Origin: a virus
Taxonomy: Duplodnaviria > Caudoviricetes
Length of the DNA stretch: 64,000 nucleotides
Virus record (IMG/VR): IMGVR_UViG_3300023283_000076
Coordinates: 192,001-256,000 of that record
Strand: one strand, 5' to 3'
Under the pieces are notes generated by a model. It ran no database searches, was not told where the DNA came from, and worked only from the letters and a program-made list of their open reading frames with translations. Positions 30,473-40,645 of the stretch are shown piece by piece; within the stretch, counting starts at the first letter, position 1, and each line of letters opens with the position of its first letter. The position numbers and the translations under genes were made by a program.

Positions 30473-32638
30473 TTACTTTTCTACAACATTTGAGAATCCA
30501 TTTTTGAGTTCGATTTCTACACGTTCGTTGAAAGAACTTTTAATTTCATCTCGATGTGATATTACAAACATTGATAGTTTATTATTTTTAGCGACATCCT
30601 TGATGACTTTTAGAGTCTTTTTAACTCCAACATTACTTAAGCCAACATCTAAACATTCATCTAGAATGAAAAGATTTATGAAATTATGTTTTGATTGAAG
30701 AACATCTCTAAACGCTAATGAAAGGGCAATATTGATTCTAGCCTTTTGACCGGATGACAGATTAGAATAGGAAATCTCGTTGCCAAATTGACTTATTTCT
30801 GTGGATAGATCAGAAGTAAATTTAGCTTTATGTGGAAGACCCATTAAATTTAGATAGTTTTTTAATCTTTTATTCAAGAAAGGAAGGTATTTGTCCATTA
30901 ATGCTTTACGAATAAATGAATCCTTTTTCGTAAGTAGTTTAAGTAGAAACTCTTGATGTTTAATATCTTCAATTAAAGTATTTATTTCGTCATCTTTCCC
31001 TTTCTTAGGCTCATATTTAGATAGAGATTTAAGCACTTTATCATAGGGGTTATTTTGTTCTTCGAGATATTTAAGTTTATCTTCTAGACCAGATTTCTTA
31101 TTTTTCATCTTGAATAATTCTTCTTCGGAGGTAAATAAACACTCTTCTTTTATATTATTAAACTTCTCCTTCTTTCCTTTCTCTTTATCCCGCAGATTAT
31201 CTAGCAAATTTGTGAGATGATCTATTTCATCACTTTTATCTTCGTATGGGTTATTAGATTCTTCCAAAGATTTGATGTCTTTCTTCAACTGGTTCTTCTT
31301 TGTAACATAACGTTCAATTTCTACCAATGATGAAAACTCTAGGGAAGATTTTAAGTCTTCGATACTTTCCCCTACAGATTTGATATTTTCGTCAAATGAG
31401 GCCAATTTTTTTTCGAGATCATTTTTGGAATTACCCAAAGATTTTATATTTGATTCTACATCTTTTAGTTTCCTTTTAGCATCCTCATAATCCTGCAGAC
31501 AATAAGGGCATTTAGATTTTTCTAATTCCTTTTTTTCATCAGATAGATCATTTATCGATTGATCTATCTCTTCGTATTCACTCTGTAATTTTTTTTGTTT
31601 TATTTTATGATCTTTTAATGTAGTTTCATTTTCTTCTACAGATTCTATTATTTTTTTCTGTTCGTTCAATTTTTTTGCGGAAATAGAATAATCGGATAAT
31701 TCATTCTTTTTCAATGTAATATTTTTTTCTTTATCTGATTCAAACGAATTGGCTTTGTTGGTTTCTTCTTGTATTCTTTCAAGTTCATCTGCTGTAGATT
31801 TTACCTCTCTCCTGATATCATCTAATTCTTTTTGTGTGTTTTTAAGATTCCTTAAAGATTCTAGTTCTAAATCAAAATTTATTTCACCTAGAGCTTTAAT
31901 ATTATCGTTAATATCGTTAATTTTCTTTTGAGTGGATTCTATCCATTCTGCATGATCACGTTTAGCCTCTTCAAGCTGTTTAATATGTCTTGAATGTTCT
32001 TCTTTTATGTCCTGATTACTTTCTTTAGCATATTCTAAATCTTTTTTATTGTTTTTGATTTTATCTTTTAGAATATCAGCTTTGTTACTCAATTCTGTAT
32101 AAGAAAATAGTTCTTCTATAATATTTCGTTGTGTGGCCAACGGCATTTTCAGGAAAGAATCTTCCCCAGCCGCATATGCTACAATTTTACCAAAAATTTC
32201 AAAAGGTATTTGCATAATATGATCAGCGATGAATTTATTTGCGTTTGAAACACTGTCAGGTGTTATATCTTTTCCGTTTTCTTCAATTTTGACACCATCC
32301 CCACCCATTGCTTTATTTTTTCTGAATCTATATATCTTGTATTCTTTTTTCCCGGCTTTGAGTTCTACAGCAACTAACATATCTTTGTTATTAATATTGT
32401 TGATCAGGGCATTCTTTTTAGGGTTATCAATTCCTATAGCTTTGTCATATAAGGCTACAGATATTGCCATGAGAATGCTACTTTTGCCAGAGCCATTAGA
32501 GTCAAGTTCACCATTAGAAGAGGCATCATAATTAATACCAGAAATAAGAGTAGGATCATCTCTTTGTAATTTAATTTCAGTTTCATTATTTCCATATGAG
32601 AGGAAATTTTGTATTTTTACTTTTTCAAAAACAATCAT
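30473..32638 (-). CDS. gp46: Recombination ATPase, gp46/Rad50/SbcC-like
   Basis: NFLSYGN, NGSGKSS Walker A, coiled coil with CPYC hook, LSSGQKAR signature, LFILDE Walker B, VISHR. Confidence 0.95.
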   Translation of the reverse strand: MIVFEKVKIQNFLSYGNNETEIKLQRDDPTLISGINYDASSNGELDSNGSGKSSILMAISVALYDKAIGIDNPKKNALINNINNKDMLVAVELKAGKKEYKIYRFRKNKAMGGDGVKIEENGKDITPDSVSNANKFIADHIMQIPFEIFGKIVAYAAGEDSFLKMPLATQRNIIEELFSYTELSNKADILKDKIKNNKKDLEYAKESNQDIKEEHSRHIKQLEEAKRDHAEWIESTQKKINDINDNIKALGEINFDLELESLRNLKNTQKELDDIRREVKSTADELERIQEETNKANSFESDKEKNITLKKNELSDYSISAKKLNEQKKIIESVEENETTLKDHKIKQKKLQSEYEEIDQSINDLSDEKKELEKSKCPYCLQDYEDAKRKLKDVESNIKSLGNSKNDLEKKLASFDENIKSVGESIEDLKSSLEFSSLVEIERYVTKKNQLKKDIKSLEESNNPYEDKSDEIDHLTNLLDNLRDKEKGKKEKFNNIKEECLFTSEEELFKMKNKKSGLEDKLKYLEEQNNPYDKVLKSLSKYEPKKGKDDEINTLIEDIKHQEFLLKLLTKKDSFIRKALMDKYLPFLNKRLKNYLNLMGLPHKAKFTSDLSTEISQFGNEISYSNLSSGQKARINIALSLAFRDVLQSKHNFINLFILDECLDVGLSNVGVKKTLKVIKDVAKNNKLSMFVISHRDEIKSSFNERVEIELKNGFSNVVEK

Positions 32639-33699
32639 TATAATTCCTCGTATATTTTTTTCAATTTCTCGGGCTTGATATCTTTTGAAGATATTCTGTC
32701 CAATAAATTTTTTACAATTTCGGTAGTTGATTCAGATTTTAGATCTTCTGGATCGATATCCTCACCTATAGTATAATCTTCTGCGGGTTCTTCTAGGCGC
32801 AACTCCCTCAACGAATATTTTTCCATCAAATGATTTTTAATTTCCATAACATCTTCATATCCCAGTTCTTCGTCATCGACTATACAGCGAACGGTGGCAT
32901 ATTTTCTGAGAATTTTTTTAGGTTTTTTTACAAGGTCAGAGAAATCACACCTAATATATGTAGGAGCATCTTCCCAATCAATAAACCTTAAATTATCTGA
33001 AGAATATTCATATATTGCCATACCTCTATTTGTATCATTGGCATCACTATAATCCATTGGAAAAGTGTTGCCCAAATAATATACATTACCTTTATTTTGC
33101 CTTTTATGAAAATGTCCGGTAAAAATCCTATCAGGTTTTTTAAAATCTTCATGTTCTGGTCCGTGTTCTAGAACCTTTGTTTCACCAGTAACAACAAAAC
33201 CCTTAAATTCAAAATGCCCATAGACAATATCATGTGAGTTTATATTTTTTATTTGCTCTGGATATTCATCGGAAAATAAGTAAGGGCAGAATAAACATTT
33301 TTTATTCCCAATAGTAGTGGAAAAATTGTCATCGATAATAAACATATTATCGAAAGGTTCAAATATTTTTGTATTAAAAGAATTTCTGGTGTTTCTATAA
33401 ACTAGATCATGATTGCCAATAATAAAGAAAAAGGGCATATCTAAATTTTCTTTAATATACTTTATACAGCGATGAGACCAATCTAATGTTTTTCCGGAAA
33501 TTGAATCTCTGTGTTCAAACCAATCCCCACAAAAAACAATATGATCCACGTTATTGTTTTTACATTGCTCCACAAACCATTTTATAAAATTAAAACAATC
33601 TCTGTTGTGTATTTCACTACTATTTTTTCTTCCTAAGTGTATATCGGTAAATATACCTGCTTTTTTTAGGGTTTTAAAGTTAAGTTTCTTCATTTTCAT
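32638..33699 (-). CDS. gp47: Recombination nuclease, gp47/Mre11/SbcD-like
   Basis: TDIHLG, CGDWF, IGNHD, GHFE, TGHFH phosphoesterase motifs. Adjacent to gp46. Confidence 0.95.
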   Translation of the reverse strand: MKMKKLNFKTLKKAGIFTDIHLGRKNSSEIHNRDCFNFIKWFVEQCKNNNVDHIVFCGDWFEHRDSISGKTLDWSHRCIKYIKENLDMPFFFIIGNHDLVYRNTRNSFNTKIFEPFDNMFIIDDNFSTTIGNKKCLFCPYLFSDEYPEQIKNINSHDIVYGHFEFKGFVVTGETKVLEHGPEHEDFKKPDRIFTGHFHKRQNKGNVYYLGNTFPMDYSDANDTNRGMAIYEYSSDNLRFIDWEDAPTYIRCDFSDLVKKPKKILRKYATVRCIVDDEELGYEDVMEIKNHLMEKYSLRELRLEEPAEDYTIGEDIDPEDLKSESTTEIVKNLLDRISSKDIKPEKLKKIYEEL

Positions 33700-34357
33700 T
33701 CTTACTATTGTCGTTATTCATGTATATTTGTGTAAAACTTGGATCATGTTCTTCTGACTTCTCAGATATTTTCTTATTAAAAAATTCGAACATGTTTGTT
33801 TTTTTATCTATCTCATATTCCATAAATTCGTTTTGTATTTCACCTAAAATATTATTCTTGGCATCTTCATCTTCTATTAACATATCTATGTGTCTTTGTA
33901 AAAGGTTGTTAAATCGGTCAGACATATAGCCATTTTTTATACTTTCTTCATATGCATTAGTGATCATCTCTTGATAATATTTTTCATTAAATGAATGAGA
34001 AGGTAATTCACCCTCTTTTACAAGCACAGCATCTCTTATATCTCTATGTCGCTCTTCCTGATACAAATACTGCCAAAATGCCCGTTTAATTGTTTGAGTA
34101 AAATATGCAAAAGGATTATCATATTTTTCTGGGTTAAATGAGTTCCAGACTTTACATACAATATACAACGCATACCCTTCCATATCTTCTACATAGGTAT
34201 ATCCACTATACTTACCTTGAGATGAATATCTTTTTACTAATAACATTATCATTCTTGAAAATTTATCAGTCATTGCACCCTGTTCTTTGCTCTTAATAAT
34301 TTCTTCTAACATGTCCTTGTTGTTGATATAGTTTTTGGTTTTAGTTTTTTTCGTCAT
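33680..34357 (-). CDS. gp55: Late-transcription sigma factor, gp55-like
   Basis: NYINNKDML...GYTYVEDM...FNPEK..NPFAYFTQ.I.RAF signature. Upstream of gp47/46 as in T4. Confidence 0.9.
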   Translation of the reverse strand: MTKKTKTKNYINNKDMLEEIIKSKEQGAMTDKFSRMIMLLVKRYSSQGKYSGYTYVEDMEGYALYIVCKVWNSFNPEKYDNPFAYFTQTIKRAFWQYLYQEERHRDIRDAVLVKEGELPSHSFNEKYYQEMITNAYEESIKNGYMSDRFNNLLQRHIDMLIEDEDAKNNILGEIQNEFMEYEIDKKTNMFEFFNKKISEKSEEHDPSFTQIYMNNDNSKNENEET

Positions 34358-34401
34358 ATAGCTTACACTCTCCTATTTTTTATAAAAATATCATAGGTTT
34401 T

Positions 34402-34430
34402 ATTATATATCAATAACCTCTTATATGCAA
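34402..34430 (-). promoter_or_regulatory. Sigma70-type promoter TTGCAT-17-TATAAT for gp55-47-46
   Basis: Read on the minus strand, followed by SD AGGAGA. Confidence 0.75.
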
Positions 34431-34454
34431 GCAGTGTTTATTTTATAATCAAAA

Positions 34455-34462
34455 GATAAATA
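34455..34462 (+). promoter_or_regulatory. Late promoter variant GATAAATA
   Basis: 30 nt upstream of ORF 34492. Confidence 0.6.
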
Positions 34463-34491
34463 GCTATAACACATGCATTTATTATTTACAT

Positions 34492-37400
34492 ATGGCAGAT
34501 AACATGAATGAATTAGCCCGTGAGTTAGTTCGGGCAATGCGAGAAGAATTAAACAATAACTCAACATTTTCCTCAAATACAGGCAGTGGGTATAATTTTG
34601 TGCGCGATGATGATGCACGTAGAAGTAACAGACCCGAAAATACATTAGATAGGGTTACTGATCAATTAGATAAATTAAATAAAACTATAATAGAAGCTAG
34701 AGGAATTAATAAAAAAGTTTTTAAATCTATGTTGGACGGAATTCCAATATATGCCAAATATAGCAAAGCTGTACAAGATATTACCGAAACGGTAGAAAAT
34801 CAGTCTCGGGGCCAATCAGAGGCATTTAGAAAATCTGCACATGCCATGAGCGAATTTACCGCTAACGTAGGAGTAAATTCTAAATCCTTTGAAAAAGTAT
34901 CAACTACCATGGCAAAAGTTCATGATTCTACTAAAACATTGGAAGACTTGGCAAAGAAACGAGAAGCATTAGAAAATAATATAAATTCCTCATTAAAAAA
35001 ATTAGGAATAACACGAAACGAATTAGATTCTGAATATAGAAATCTACCGAATATAATTGAAGAAGTAAATGAAAAAATAAAAAAAACTGGTGATTCAAAT
35101 CAAAAAGAGCATTTGATAAAAACACGTCAACAACTAGAAAATTTAAATGAAATACCAAAAGCTATTGAGGCCCTTACTGATGTAATGAATGATACACAGC
35201 TTAGAGAATTAAGTGTTAAACATCCGGAACTTAAGCCGTTGTTAGATGAGATACTTGGAAGATTAGAGGAAGTATTAAAAACAGAAGAATCTGGATCTAC
35301 TCGTAGAGCTTCCATAGATGAAATATCAGAGAGAATAGACGAAAATACAGAAACGAATGAAAGCCTTAAAGGAGCTTTACAGACTTCATCTACATGGATG
35401 GAAAAACTTGGAAACGTGTTTTCTAAAAATGTTAAAGATTTACAACACGCGTTAGAAAATTTCACAAAGTCTATAGGAGCAGCTATAGGTGAGGGAGTAT
35501 CCAAAGAACTATCGCTTGTTATGGTTAGGCAGAGGTTCACGGGCAGTGATAGCGCGTTTCGCGGTTATTCTGCAAGAACAGCCGCACTACCTATGGGAAT
35601 GAGTGAAGCTGATCTTCTTAGTTCAGTTGCAGAGAATAGAAACGTTATACGAAGAATGGCACAAGATAGCGGTGCCGCATCAGGAGCAGGGGCGTTAGTT
35701 CAGGACGGCGGGCTAAGAGAATTTCAGAAACTTTCTAGAGAAATGGGCCTTATGGGCAAGGAAGGTTTAGATAATATATTACAAGTCTCTGATAATATAC
35801 GTGTATTAGGGTTACGACTTGATCGAGCAAACATTGCAGACTCTGTAGAGTTTTTTAGAGATACGTTTAAAGATCTTGCCATAACACAGGAGCAAATGAG
35901 AAGATTTTTTGCAGATATGTCCAGCGAGGGTATGTTACGAGCACTATCTGCAGGAGAAGATGCTAGGCTTGCCTCGTTAGAATCAATACAAAATGAAGTT
36001 GAGTTTAGAGGTAAGTTGGCCAGAGTATTAAACCAAGAATTAGAGCTTCAGAAAAAACGGGTTAGGGAACTGTCCGGTCTTGCGTATGGCGGGCCGGGCG
36101 AGGCCATAAAGCGTTCTGTAGGTGTTCAAATTTTAGCAGAGCAAGCTGGGATGGATCCTGAAACTGTGCGATTGTTGGGAGAACAAACTAGAACGGGTGG
36201 TGTAAGTCTTAACGAAGAAGAAAGACAAAGAGCCGCTACAAAATATGCAGAGTTGATTGGTGATACCGGAGGGGCTCTGCATCGGGCAGTGGGCCAAGAT
36301 CAAACCGGGATTCGAGCCATGTTAACCCAAATCATGGATATGGCCGGGGTTGATGGTAGAGCGGCTGTAGAAGAATATATAAGACGCGGGGGTGATATTG
36401 GCGATCTGGAACCAGAAGATATAGTAGGCTCTCCAAGAACCCAAACCGAAAGAGTAGCTTCCGAAGTTAGCAAATGGGGCCACGCCACAGTTTCTACATT
36501 AGAAACAATGCAAGGGGTTTTAAATACATCTATAGGGAAATCCACGGGAGCCATAGTAGCAGCATTGGGACAGTATGCTATGGCCGGTTTAGCAGGAGGT
36601 ATGGGTGGGAGACTTGCTAGGCGAGGGACCGCTGGAATGGGAAAAAGATTCTTGGGCCGAGCAGGGGGCATAGGTGTTGGTGCTCTTGCCACAGGAACAG
36701 GAATGTATTTGGGGGCAGATGCAGAAAGAGGATCAGGTATGGATACTGCTAGTGGTATGCTGACCGGGGCAGGGGCCGGACTAATGCTTGGGTCATATGC
36801 AGGAGTTCCGGGTGCTATTGCCGGAACACTAGGTGGTGCTGCGCTAGGGGGCATAACCTCGGTGTTTCAAAACATGAGAAGAGAGCGAGAAATTGATCGA
36901 GCCGTAGGGTTAATGGCGATGGGAAACTTTGGTGCAGAGTCATCACCAGAATTCGAACAAAAGAAAAACGAATTGATACAGGAGCACCGAAACGCATATA
37001 TAGAAGGCGATGAAGAAAAAATGATTGAGATAGAAGAAAAGATCAAATCTGTCCAAGACTCCCCACAGGTAAATTCATTGATGCAAAATATCAATCGTTT
37101 AGACGATAAAAACGAGCGTATGGAACTTGCCATGGCCACAAATAGAGCAAAACTTAACAAAACAGTTGTAGGTGGGTTACCACGCTATAGTCTGGTAGAA
37201 CCGGATGATTCAGAGTTAAAAAAAGAAATTGGAAAAGATATTTCTAATTTTGTAGAAAGTGAAGAATTTAAAAAAATAACAACTGAAACGCCACTTAATG
37301 ATATGATCAGAGTATTAAAAGAAGATATTGATATTGAGAATGAAGAAAAGATAATGGATAAACTGTTAAAAAGAGTGGACTATATCGCGAACTTGTCAGA

Positions 37401-37566
37401 TGAAAGAAAGAAACTCTTACAAGAAGGCAATCAAGATAGGCGTAAACAATTTGAAAATATGAGTGAAACCGAGATACGAGAAGCCCTAGAGAATGCGTTA
37501 ACCGGCAAACGGGCATCTGCGGAAAATGCGATTATAGGTAATAGAAACGCGTTTTCTAGAGAATAA
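34492..37566 (+). CDS. Probable tape measure/gp29-like tail protein
   Basis: 1024 aa, largely helical/coiled-coil, with Gly-rich hydrophobic segments near residues 690-790, and a late promoter. Confidence 0.55.
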   Translation: MADNMNELARELVRAMREELNNNSTFSSNTGSGYNFVRDDDARRSNRPENTLDRVTDQLDKLNKTIIEARGINKKVFKSMLDGIPIYAKYSKAVQDITETVENQSRGQSEAFRKSAHAMSEFTANVGVNSKSFEKVSTTMAKVHDSTKTLEDLAKKREALENNINSSLKKLGITRNELDSEYRNLPNIIEEVNEKIKKTGDSNQKEHLIKTRQQLENLNEIPKAIEALTDVMNDTQLRELSVKHPELKPLLDEILGRLEEVLKTEESGSTRRASIDEISERIDENTETNESLKGALQTSSTWMEKLGNVFSKNVKDLQHALENFTKSIGAAIGEGVSKELSLVMVRQRFTGSDSAFRGYSARTAALPMGMSEADLLSSVAENRNVIRRMAQDSGAASGAGALVQDGGLREFQKLSREMGLMGKEGLDNILQVSDNIRVLGLRLDRANIADSVEFFRDTFKDLAITQEQMRRFFADMSSEGMLRALSAGEDARLASLESIQNEVEFRGKLARVLNQELELQKKRVRELSGLAYGGPGEAIKRSVGVQILAEQAGMDPETVRLLGEQTRTGGVSLNEEERQRAATKYAELIGDTGGALHRAVGQDQTGIRAMLTQIMDMAGVDGRAAVEEYIRRGGDIGDLEPEDIVGSPRTQTERVASEVSKWGHATVSTLETMQGVLNTSIGKSTGAIVAALGQYAMAGLAGGMGGRLARRGTAGMGKRFLGRAGGIGVGALATGTGMYLGADAERGSGMDTASGMLTGAGAGLMLGSYAGVPGAIAGTLGGAALGGITSVFQNMRREREIDRAVGLMAMGNFGAESSPEFEQKKNELIQEHRNAYIEGDEEKMIEIEEKIKSVQDSPQVNSLMQNINRLDDKNERMELAMATNRAKLNKTVVGGLPRYSLVEPDDSELKKEIGKDISNFVESEEFKKITTETPLNDMIRVLKEDIDIENEEKIMDKLLKRVDYIANLSDERKKLLQEGNQDRRKQFENMSETEIREALENALTGKRASAENAIIGNRNAFSRE

Positions 37567-37598
37567 ATGTTTATAATACATCGCCACCAATGTAAACA

Positions 37599-37606
37599 CA
37601 TAAATA
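37599..37606 (+). promoter_or_regulatory. Late promoter variant CATAAATA
   Basis: 25 nt upstream of the portal gene. Confidence 0.55.
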
Positions 37607-37630
37607 ATATCATATTAATTAATCTATAAA

Positions 37631-39406
37631 ATGGCGATTACCAAATTTTATAAAGTAATAAGACCCCAAGGGCAAGATTCTGAAGTATACACCAATCAAA
37701 GTCTGTATGGCTCAGGTGGCGTATATGGAAGAAGTTCATGGTATAATAGGATGGTTAACGGGTCTGCATCCAGACGAAACCAATACCGTGAATATGATTC
37801 TATGGATAACGATTCAGATATTGCGTTAGCTCTGGACTATATTGCAGAAGAAATGACTGGAAATAACCCCAAAGAAAAGGACGCTCTAGAACTTGAATTA
37901 CTACCACAACCAAATCAGGAAATAACAAGTTCTACGTCGATGACCCTTAGAGCAGCGTTAAGAACATTTATTAAGGTACAAAACCTAGAAAATAATAGAC
38001 TATTTAATATATGTAGATCTACTATAAAATACGGTGATTTATTTTTCATACGTTCTAGAAAGAATAATGGAAGATGGATATATGCTCATCCAAAGGATGT
38101 TGAAAGTGCAATAGTTGCAAAAGAAGACGTCACAAATGTTAAAGCATGGAACATAAAAACGGAAGCAGAAAGCACCCCATATAGAAATTTCACTGGAGCT
38201 TCATATTCCAACCCCTACTCTAGTGAACAATCAGAAATGGCACAACCATTTCTTGCAAAGGATGTTGTAAGGTTTAGTTTATTTGATGAGACTTCTGAGG
38301 AGGCACCATTTGGGCTTTCTATATTACGTCCTATATATAAAGCATTCAAACAGAAAGAATTGTTAGAAGACTCAATTGTTATTTACCGAATTCAAAGAGC
38401 ACCAGAACGACGGGTATTTTATATTGACGTGGGAAGGGCACACCCCCACAATGTATCGCAGATACTAGAAAAAGTTAAAAACGATTTTAGACAAAAAAGA
38501 ATTCCCACAACACACGGTCATGGCCATGGCCATCATGGCGGCCATCATTCTAACCAAGGTAGGTCTCAGGTTGATGCGGTTTATAATCCACAATCTATGC
38601 AGGAAGATTTCTTTTTAGCAGTTCGACCCAATGCAACTGGGAGCAGAATAGAAACGCTTCCGGGTGGACAAAATCTGGGTAATTTGGATGATCTGCATAT
38701 ATTCTTCAGGAAAATTTGGAGAGGTTTAAAAATACCCGAAAGCTATATAAACACACTAGAAGGCGATGGTGGTTCAGGGACATTTAATGACAATAAGGTC
38801 GGTATTGCATTAATGCAAGAGGTTAAGTTTAGTCTTTATATAGAAAGACTTCAATCATTTATAGAAAAAACTCTCGACGAAGAGTTTAAAAGATTTATAT
38901 ATGAAAATGGAATTAATATAGATCCGACATTATACAAAATAACTCTGCCTGCTCCCAGTAACTTTAAGAAAAGTAGAGACCAAGAAATTGACGCATCGCT
39001 TATTAACACATATACTAGTATTAGCGAAGATAATAATATATCTAAGAGATTTGCTCTTAAGAAATATCTACAACTTACTGAAGAAGAAATGAACCTAAAT
39101 GAACGTATGCTTAGAGAAGAAAAGGGTCTCCCCGTTAACGGAGGTAGAGAAGACATGCCTAAATTATACAACCCTGAAGAGGCAGAAGCCGGAGGATTTG
39201 AAGGTGGACTAGGCGGCGCTCCAGAGTTAGGTGGTGCTGGTGAAGGCGGCCTAGGAGAATTAGGTGACGAAGGAGAACCCGGTGGGTTGGAAGGCAGCGA
39301 AACCGAAGGTGCTGGCGGGGAAGAAGGTAATACCACAGATGCGCAAGCCACCCAAACCAGCGAAGGGCCAGCAGAAAATACTGACACAGACACCGAAACA
39401 CCATAA
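37631..39406 (+). CDS. gp20: Portal protein, gp20-like
   Basis: LLEDSIVIYRIQRAPERRVFYIDVG, EDFFL..R......IETLPGGQNLG.LDD...F..K..RGLKIP.S, EVKFS..I.RLQ. Confidence 0.96.
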   Translation: MAITKFYKVIRPQGQDSEVYTNQSLYGSGGVYGRSSWYNRMVNGSASRRNQYREYDSMDNDSDIALALDYIAEEMTGNNPKEKDALELELLPQPNQEITSSTSMTLRAALRTFIKVQNLENNRLFNICRSTIKYGDLFFIRSRKNNGRWIYAHPKDVESAIVAKEDVTNVKAWNIKTEAESTPYRNFTGASYSNPYSSEQSEMAQPFLAKDVVRFSLFDETSEEAPFGLSILRPIYKAFKQKELLEDSIVIYRIQRAPERRVFYIDVGRAHPHNVSQILEKVKNDFRQKRIPTTHGHGHGHHGGHHSNQGRSQVDAVYNPQSMQEDFFLAVRPNATGSRIETLPGGQNLGNLDDLHIFFRKIWRGLKIPESYINTLEGDGGSGTFNDNKVGIALMQEVKFSLYIERLQSFIEKTLDEEFKRFIYENGINIDPTLYKITLPAPSNFKKSRDQEIDASLINTYTSISEDNNISKRFALKKYLQLTEEEMNLNERMLREEKGLPVNGGREDMPKLYNPEEAEAGGFEGGLGGAPELGGAGEGGLGELGDEGEPGGLEGSETEGAGGEEGNTTDAQATQTSEGPAENTDTDTETP

Positions 39407-39456
39407 GGTATAACAAGACGGAATAATACATTTTATCTTTTTTAGTTATACACTAA

Positions 39457-39463
39457 ATAAATA
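39457..39463 (+). promoter_or_regulatory. Late promoter core ATAAATA
   Basis: Upstream of ORF 39501, which has SD AAGGAG. Confidence 0.5.
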
Positions 39464-39500
39464 TATGTATAAATTTTAAATATTATAAGGAGTTATTTTA

Positions 39501-40190
39501 ATGAATACAAAGGCTAGAAGATTTTTAGATCAGTTTATTAAAGAGCATAACGAAAACCAAGGATATAGTGAAAAGCTTAATGAATTGTTTAGTGATTACA
39601 TTACAGAAAACTTTTCAGGAATATTGGTTGAGGATCATGAAAAAAGAATGACCGCCACAGAAATGGCGAAACATATTAAGAAATTATTCAAAATGTGTGA
39701 AGATGAAGAAACTGAAAAAAAATTCCTGAAACGCCTCGGCAAAGCAGCAGATGTAAAAAATTGTTCTGAAAAGGATATTAAGAAATGCGCCGACGAGCTA
39801 TGTGAGGCATCCGAAGAAGATTGTGATGATACCATTCATGAATTAGAAGGAATGGTCGGATATGAATATGACGCTGATGATGATGATGATGATGATGATG
39901 ATAATGATAATGACGACAGCGCTGATGGTGGTAAAAAAAAAGTAAATGAAACCGCAAAAGGTTCTATTATACGTTCAGGAAACTCTAGGATGGTGGTTTT
40001 AGATGATTTGGGTGAGGGAGACGTTAGGGCCGCTAGACTTCACCATGGAAAACCACTATTTAGAACATCAACATTAGTCAACAGTGGTGATTATGTCGAT
40101 ACTGGTGAGTATATGAATGTTATAGAACCAGAACCCTTTGCCAATAGAGACGTAGAAAAAATGGGAGGATACGAGGAACACACACTATAA
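39501..40190 (+). CDS. Acidic head/prohead-associated protein (gp67/68-like position)
   Basis: Lies between portal and protease and has a poly-Asp tract. Confidence 0.5.
   Translation: MNTKARRFLDQFIKEHNENQGYSEKLNELFSDYITENFSGILVEDHEKRMTATEMAKHIKKLFKMCEDEETEKKFLKRLGKAADVKNCSEKDIKKCADELCEASEEDCDDTIHELEGMVGYEYDADDDDDDDDDNDNDDSADGGKKKVNETAKGSIIRSGNSRMVVLDDLGEGDVRAARLHHGKPLFRTSTLVNSGDYVDTGEYMNVIEPEPFANRDVEKMGGYEEHTL
39876..39914 (+). repeat. (GAT)n microsatellite encoding poly-Asp
   Basis: GATGATGATGAT...GATAATGATAATGAC. Confidence 0.8.
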
Positions 40191-40194
40191 ACTC

Positions 40195-40365
40195 ATGAAA
40201 ATACATAATGTATTAGATACTAAACCTAAAAAATCTGCTATGGATTTATGGATGGATAACTTTTTTACTACTACAGGAAAAAAGAAAAAGAAAACCCTCC
40301 CAAAACAAGATAAAATATTTTTTGGAACAGATTACGGACCTGACGATGCGAGATATAAAAAATAA
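40195..40365 (+). CDS. Small basic hypothetical protein (56 aa, below the track cutoff)
   Basis: MKIHNVLDTKPKKSAMDLWMDNFF...; its TAA overlaps the next ATG (TAATG at 40363-40367). Confidence 0.6.
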   Translation: MKIHNVLDTKPKKSAMDLWMDNFFTTTGKKKKKTLPKQDKIFFGTDYGPDDARYKK

Positions 40366-40604
40366 TGAATAAAATATTTAAACGAAAAATATTAGAAAGA
40401 ATAGATTATTTTAATTATATCGATCCAGATATATTTTATCAGTTTGATGATGAAAAAAATAATACTGAAAAATATAAAAAATCTGATGACACTAAAAAAA
40501 GGTCAAAAGAAAAAGAATATGAGAGGGGTGATAAACACCTTTCCAAAAAACAGGCATCAGATGTACGGAAATACATGCAATATTCTAATGTAAAAAGCGA
40601 TTAG
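40365..40604 (+). CDS. Small charged hypothetical protein
   Basis: 79 aa, coupled start. Confidence 0.6.
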   Translation: MNKIFKRKILERIDYFNYIDPDIFYQFDDEKNNTEKYKKSDDTKKRSKEKEYERGDKHLSKKQASDVRKYMQYSNVKSD

Positions 40605-40605
40605 T

Positions 40606-40613
40606 TATAAATA
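40606..40613 (+). promoter_or_regulatory. Late promoter TATAAATA
   Basis: Exact consensus upstream of the prohead core and protease genes. Confidence 0.7.
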
Positions 40614-40645
40614 AATCTAAATAATATTAAAAGGTGTATAAAATT

